In this document: piece after piece, positions 54,465-59,585 of the stretch
Numbering within the stretch: the first letter of the stretch is position 1
How the letters are laid out: every line of letters begins with the position of its first letter
NCBI GenBank assembly: GCA_045637165.1
Contig: JAZTYU010000002.1
Span: 1 to 59,585, forward strand
Origin: Candidatus Enterousia sp.
GTDB taxonomy: Bacteria; Pseudomonadota; Alphaproteobacteria; Rs-D84
DNA length: 59,585 bases
Direction: 5' to 3'
Position numbers and translations under genes: made by a program
The notes under the pieces: model-generated
What the model saw: the letters and a program-made list of their open reading frames with translations, nothing else
Told to the model about the DNA's origin: nothing
Databases searched by the model: none

Positions 54465-57400
54465 TTAAATGTCCATCAATTGCTGCTGGGCATTGCCTTC
54501 ACGTGCCAATTTTTCCGCTTTTTCTTCTTCACGGGCAATTTCACGGACACGGCGGACATAGGCCCCTGTTCCAATTGGTATCAAACGACCAACAATCAAG
54601 TTTTCGTTAATACCAACCAATTTATCCGTTGAACCACTGATTGCAGCGTCAACCAGAACCTTGGTAGTCTGTTGGAACGATGCGTTCGAAATGAATGAAC
54701 GTGATGTCAATGATGCACGGGTCAAACCAACCAAAACTTCGGACCGTTCTGCCTGGCGGCCACCATCACGTGCAACACGGGCGTTTTCTTCTTCGAAATC
54801 AACACGGTCAACAACCTGCCCCATCAAGAAGCTGGTGTCGCCTGGGTTTGTGATTTCAACACGACGTGTCATTTCACGTATCAAGATTTCAATGTGCTTG
54901 TCATTGATGGTCACGCCCTGCAAACGGTAAACCTGTTGAATCTGGTCTGCCATAAAGGTTGCCAATGCTTTCTGGCCAGAGATACGCAAAATATCTTGTG
55001 GCACAGGGTCGCCGTCAACCAATTTTTCAGCCTTTTTGACTTCATCACCAGTTCTGACCAACAGGTTTGCACCCTTTGGAACAATGTATTCAACTGGTTC
55101 TGAACCATCAGCAGGATTGATTCGAACGATAATCTTGCTTTTGTTCTTGGCTTCTTCCAAATCAACTGTTCCGTCAACTTCTGCCAAAATCGCAGGATTT
55201 GTTGGACGACGAACTTCCAGCAATTCATTAACACGTGGCAAACCACCAGTAATGTCGCCTGTTCGTTTTGTTTGGACAGGAATACGTGCGATAATATCAC
55301 CAGCCTGAACACTGTCGCCATCTTTGACGTTCAAAACAGAATATGTTGGCAACAAGTATTCAGCAATCTTTTTGCCACCCAAAGAAATGATTTCGCCCTT
55401 GTCGTCAACCAGTGTGATTGCAGGTTTCAAAGACTTCTTGGTATTATCATTCCATTTGATAACCTTGCGTGATGTAATGCCTGTCATTGCATCAACGTTT
55501 TCTTGATAGGAAACATTTTCAATCAAATCGTTATAACAAACTTTACCGTCTTTTTCAGCGATAATTGTGTTTGAATATGGGTCCCATTCCGCAACCTTGG
55601 CGTTCTTTTCAACCATATCACCATCATTTGCAATCAAGACAGCAGCGTATGGCAATGATGCACTATACAATTCTTTGCCTTCGTTATCTGTGACTGCCAA
55701 TTTTCCATTGCGGTTGATAACAACAATGCGACCTGCACTGTTCTTAATCGTATTCACATCTGACAATTTAATCTTACCAGCGACTGGAACTTCGATATAA
55801 TGACTGTCTGCACCACCGGCCGCAATACCACCAATGTGGAAGGTTCGCAGTGTCAACTGAGTTCCAGGTTCACCAATAGACTGACCAGCGATAACACCAA
55901 CCGCTTCGCCAACGTGAACCAATGAATTACGAGACAAGTCCATACCATAACATTTTGCACACAAGCCGTCTGAACAACATGTCAGAACGCTGCGAACATC
56001 AACAGACGGCAAGCCTGATTCATTGATTATCTTGGACGCTGCCTTGGTAATCAATTCGCCCTTTGGAACAATCACTTCCTTGGTGCTTGGATGAATAATA
56101 TCCTTGGCGGCGGTGCGTCCCAAAACAACATCACCCAATGGAACAGACAATACAGAACCCGTGTAAACTGGTTTCGCAGTAATGTATTCATCTGTGCCAC
56201 AATCGTGTTCTGTGATGACAGTATTCTGTGCCAATTCAACCAAACGACGTGTCAAATAACCAGCGTCAGCAGTTTTCAAAGCCGTGTCCGACATACCCTT
56301 ACGTGCACCGTGGGTTGACGTAAAGTATTCAGACATGGTCAAGCCTTCTTTAAAGTTTGAAATAATTGGAACTTCGATAATTGAACCGTCTGGCTTCTGC
56401 ATCATACCACGCATACCTGCCAACTGCTGAATCTGACGCTTGGAACCACGGGCCCCAGACAACGCCATCATATGAACAGAGTTCCAGTTATCCCCTTCGC
56501 TTTTTGACAATGCATCATATGCCTTGTCAGCCAGTTCGTCGGTTGTCTTCTGCCACAAGTCAATCAGTTTATTGTGACGTTCGTTGCCTGATAACAAACC
56601 GTTTTGATATTGTTCTTCGATTTCCTTGGCAGAGTTTTCAGAACGTTCAATCAAATTCTTCTTTTCTGCAGGAATAACAATGTCGTCATAACCAATTGAA
56701 ATACCACTGCGTGCAGCCTGTTCAAAACCGGTGTTCTTTAATGCGTCAGCCAACAAAATCATTGCTTTGTCGCCACAACGTTCATAGGTTGTTGCCAACA
56801 ATGCTTCGATTTCTTTTACTGGCATTGTCTTGTTCACCAAATCAAATGGCATATTTTCTGATTTTGGCAATAATTCACCCAAAATCATACGACCTGCTGT
56901 TGTTTCATAACGTTTGCCGTTGATACGTGCAACAATTGGTGTGTGCAGTGTAATTGTCTTTTTATCCAATGCCAATTTCACTTCGTCCATATTGGCAAAA
57001 CGAGGAGACTTTTCATCGTGCTTGCCGTTTATCAACGAAATGTAGTAAACACCCAATACCATGTCTTGGGACGGAACAATCATTGGCTTGCCATTTGCAG
57101 GCGACAAAACGTTGTTTGATGCCAACATCAATGTGCGTGCTTCTAGTTGTGCCTCTAATGAAATTGGAACGTGAACAGACATCTGGTCGCCGTCAAAGTC
57201 AGCATTGAATCCCTTACATACCAATGGGTGCAGACGGATTGCCTTGCCTTCTATCAATACAGGTTCAAATGCCAGCAATGACAAACGGTGCAATGTTGGT
57301 GCACGGTTTAACAATACAGGATGCTGATAAATAACTTTTTCCAAGATTTCCCATACGATATCTTCGCCGTTTTCAACCATTTTGCGTGCTGTCTTTAATG

Positions 57401-58580
57401 TGTTGGCATAATCGCCAGACAACAGACGTGAATATACAAATGGTTTGAACAATTCTAATGCCATTGTTTTTGGCAAACCAACCTGGTGCAATTTCAATGT
57501 TGGTCCAGATACGATAACCGAACGGCCAGAATAGTCAACACGTTTTCCCAACATGTTCATACGGAAACGCCCTGATTTACCACGCAATGAATCAGACAAT
57601 GATTTCAATGGACGACGGTTCTGGGACACCATTGGACGTGCCTTGTGGCCGTTGTCGAACAATGAATCAACCGCTTCTTGCAACATACGTTTTTCATTGC
57701 GGATAATAATGTCCGGTGCGTGCATTTCCATGAACTTTTTCAGACGATTGTTACGGATAATAACACGACGATACAAATCATTTAAGTCGGACGCAGCAAC
57801 GTGACCAGCATCCAGGGTTACCAATGGACGCATATCTGGTGGGATAACTGGGATAATATCCGGCATCATCCATGCTGGTTCTGTCTTGGAATCCAAGAAG
57901 GCTTCGACCAATTTTAACTGCTTAATCAATGCACGACGTTTTGTTTCTGATTTTGTTTCAGCCAATTCTGCACGCAGACGTGTGCGTTCGTCGCCCATAT
58001 CCAGGCCACTGATGATTTCACGAACACCTTCGGCACCAATGCCAACACGGAATGCGTCAGCACCAAATTCTTCGACAGCAGCCTGGTATTCGTCTTCGCT
58101 GATAACGTCATACAATTTCAGATTTGTTAAACCTGGTTCAATTACGATGTATGCATCGTATGAAATAACCTGTTCCAGTTTCTTTTGTGGCAGATTGTTC
58201 AACAGTGTCGCAATTTTGCCTTCACGCAGGAACCATGTATGGGCAACTGGCATCGCCAATTTAATATGCCCCATGCGTTCACGACGAACAGATGAAGACC
58301 CAACTTCTACACCGCATTTTTCACAAACAACGCCACGGAATTTAATTCTTTTATACTTCCCACAGGCACATTCATAGTCTTTGACAGGACCAAAAATCTG
58401 CTGACAGAACAGACCTTCGGCTTCTGGTTTCATTGAATGATAGTTAATTGTTTCTGGTTTTTTAACTTCACCATGGGACCAGGACAAAATTTCTTCGGGG
58501 GACGCAATTGTAATGCGAAGGGCATCAAACTGTTCCTTGGTTTCAATTTGTCCGAATATCTTTTGCAACATATTGCTCAT
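54465..58580 (-). CDS. rpoC: DNA-directed RNA polymerase subunit beta'
   Basis: 1371 aa. NADFDGDQM catalytic motif. Zn-finger CACGKYKRIKFRGVVCEKCG. Confidence 0.97.
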   Translation of the reverse strand: MSNMLQKIFGQIETKEQFDALRITIASPEEILSWSHGEVKKPETINYHSMKPEAEGLFCQQIFGPVKDYECACGKYKRIKFRGVVCEKCGVEVGSSSVRRERMGHIKLAMPVAHTWFLREGKIATLLNNLPQKKLEQVISYDAYIVIEPGLTNLKLYDVISEDEYQAAVEEFGADAFRVGIGAEGVREIISGLDMGDERTRLRAELAETKSETKRRALIKQLKLVEAFLDSKTEPAWMMPDIIPVIPPDMRPLVTLDAGHVAASDLNDLYRRVIIRNNRLKKFMEMHAPDIIIRNEKRMLQEAVDSLFDNGHKARPMVSQNRRPLKSLSDSLRGKSGRFRMNMLGKRVDYSGRSVIVSGPTLKLHQVGLPKTMALELFKPFVYSRLLSGDYANTLKTARKMVENGEDIVWEILEKVIYQHPVLLNRAPTLHRLSLLAFEPVLIEGKAIRLHPLVCKGFNADFDGDQMSVHVPISLEAQLEARTLMLASNNVLSPANGKPMIVPSQDMVLGVYYISLINGKHDEKSPRFANMDEVKLALDKKTITLHTPIVARINGKRYETTAGRMILGELLPKSENMPFDLVNKTMPVKEIEALLATTYERCGDKAMILLADALKNTGFEQAARSGISIGYDDIVIPAEKKNLIERSENSAKEIEEQYQNGLLSGNERHNKLIDLWQKTTDELADKAYDALSKSEGDNWNSVHMMALSGARGSKRQIQQLAGMRGMMQKPDGSIIEVPIISNFKEGLTMSEYFTSTHGARKGMSDTALKTADAGYLTRRLVELAQNTVITEHDCGTDEYITAKPVYTGSVLSVPLGDVVLGRTAAKDIIHPSTKEVIVPKGELITKAASKIINESGLPSVDVRSVLTCCSDGLCAKCYGMDLSRNSLVHVGEAVGVIAGQSIGEPGTQLTLRTFHIGGIAAGGADSHYIEVPVAGKIKLSDVNTIKNSAGRIVVINRNGKLAVTDNEGKELYSASLPYAAVLIANDGDMVEKNAKVAEWDPYSNTIIAEKDGKVCYNDLIENVSYQENVDAMTGITSRKVIKWNDNTKKSLKPAITLVDDKGEIISLGGKKIAEYLLPTYSVLNVKDGDSVQAGDIIARIPVQTKRTGDITGGLPRVNELLEVRRPTNPAILAEVDGTVDLEEAKNKSKIIVRINPADGSEPVEYIVPKGANLLVRTGDEVKKAEKLVDGDPVPQDILRISGQKALATFMADQIQQVYRLQGVTINDKHIEILIREMTRRVEITNPGDTSFLMGQVVDRVDFEEENARVARDGGRQAERSEVLVGLTRASLTSRSFISNASFQQTTKVLVDAAISGSTDKLVGINENLIVGRLIPIGTGAYVRRVREIAREEEKAEKLAREGNAQQQLMDI

Positions 58581-58615
58581 TATATTTCGCTCCTTTCAGT
58601 CGCTTAAAGAGTTTG

Positions 58616-59585
<970 letters not shown>

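Overview
This is a gene-dense, low-GC bacterial chromosomal segment. I found no rRNA genes, intact tRNA genes, CRISPR arrays or transposases.

Backbone: the housekeeping genes are rpoB (3' part)-rpoC, rpmF-plsX, def-fmt-truA, rmuC, comEC, pyrG, an orphan mraZ, pepO, hemW, mltB-like, olsB-olsA, proS, ldh, secG, rnc, lepB, comM/yifB, sodB, cvpA and a cyclophilin. The gene content (Gram-negative envelope genes, ornithine-lipid genes, MraZ N-terminus) fits a low-GC alphaproteobacterium-like organism. That assignment is only an inference.

Accessory regions:
1. About 1.3-8.5 kb is an AT-rich defence island. It is flanked by a tRNA-Thr 3'-half remnant and a truncated tyrosine-integrase remnant. It carries:
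   - a single-chain ABC-ATPase/DUF4435 (PARIS/OLD-like) protein translationally coupled to a 2-TM protein;
   - an orphan 252-aa gene;
   - a four-gene operon with a Dam-like MTase, a beta-class MTase, a small PD-ExK nuclease candidate and a PIN-like protein.
2. About 8.9-15.1 kb holds a Pmp-repeat autotransporter, a 59-aa two-YD-repeat mini-protein and a 722-aa LRR-like repeat protein with no signal peptide.
3. About 34.9-44 kb is an envelope cluster. It has two tandem mosaic paralogues of a Cys-rich secreted protein (about 0.86 kb near-identical core), a PLD-family lipoprotein, a glycine-zipper protein and a beta-barrel OMP.

Smaller observations:
- an attenuator-like leader at the left edge;
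- a protein of four tandem IS3-OrfA-like HTH modules behind a near-consensus promoter that predicts a leaderless mRNA;
- phased direct repeats upstream of the orphan mraZ;
- G/C homopolymer tracts;
- a nested inverted repeat in the rpoB-rpoC spacer.

The best candidate for an undescribed system is the ATPase-DUF4435 + 2-TM pair. The PIN-like gene fused to the R-M operon is second. All functional calls rest on motifs read by eye. No database search was run.
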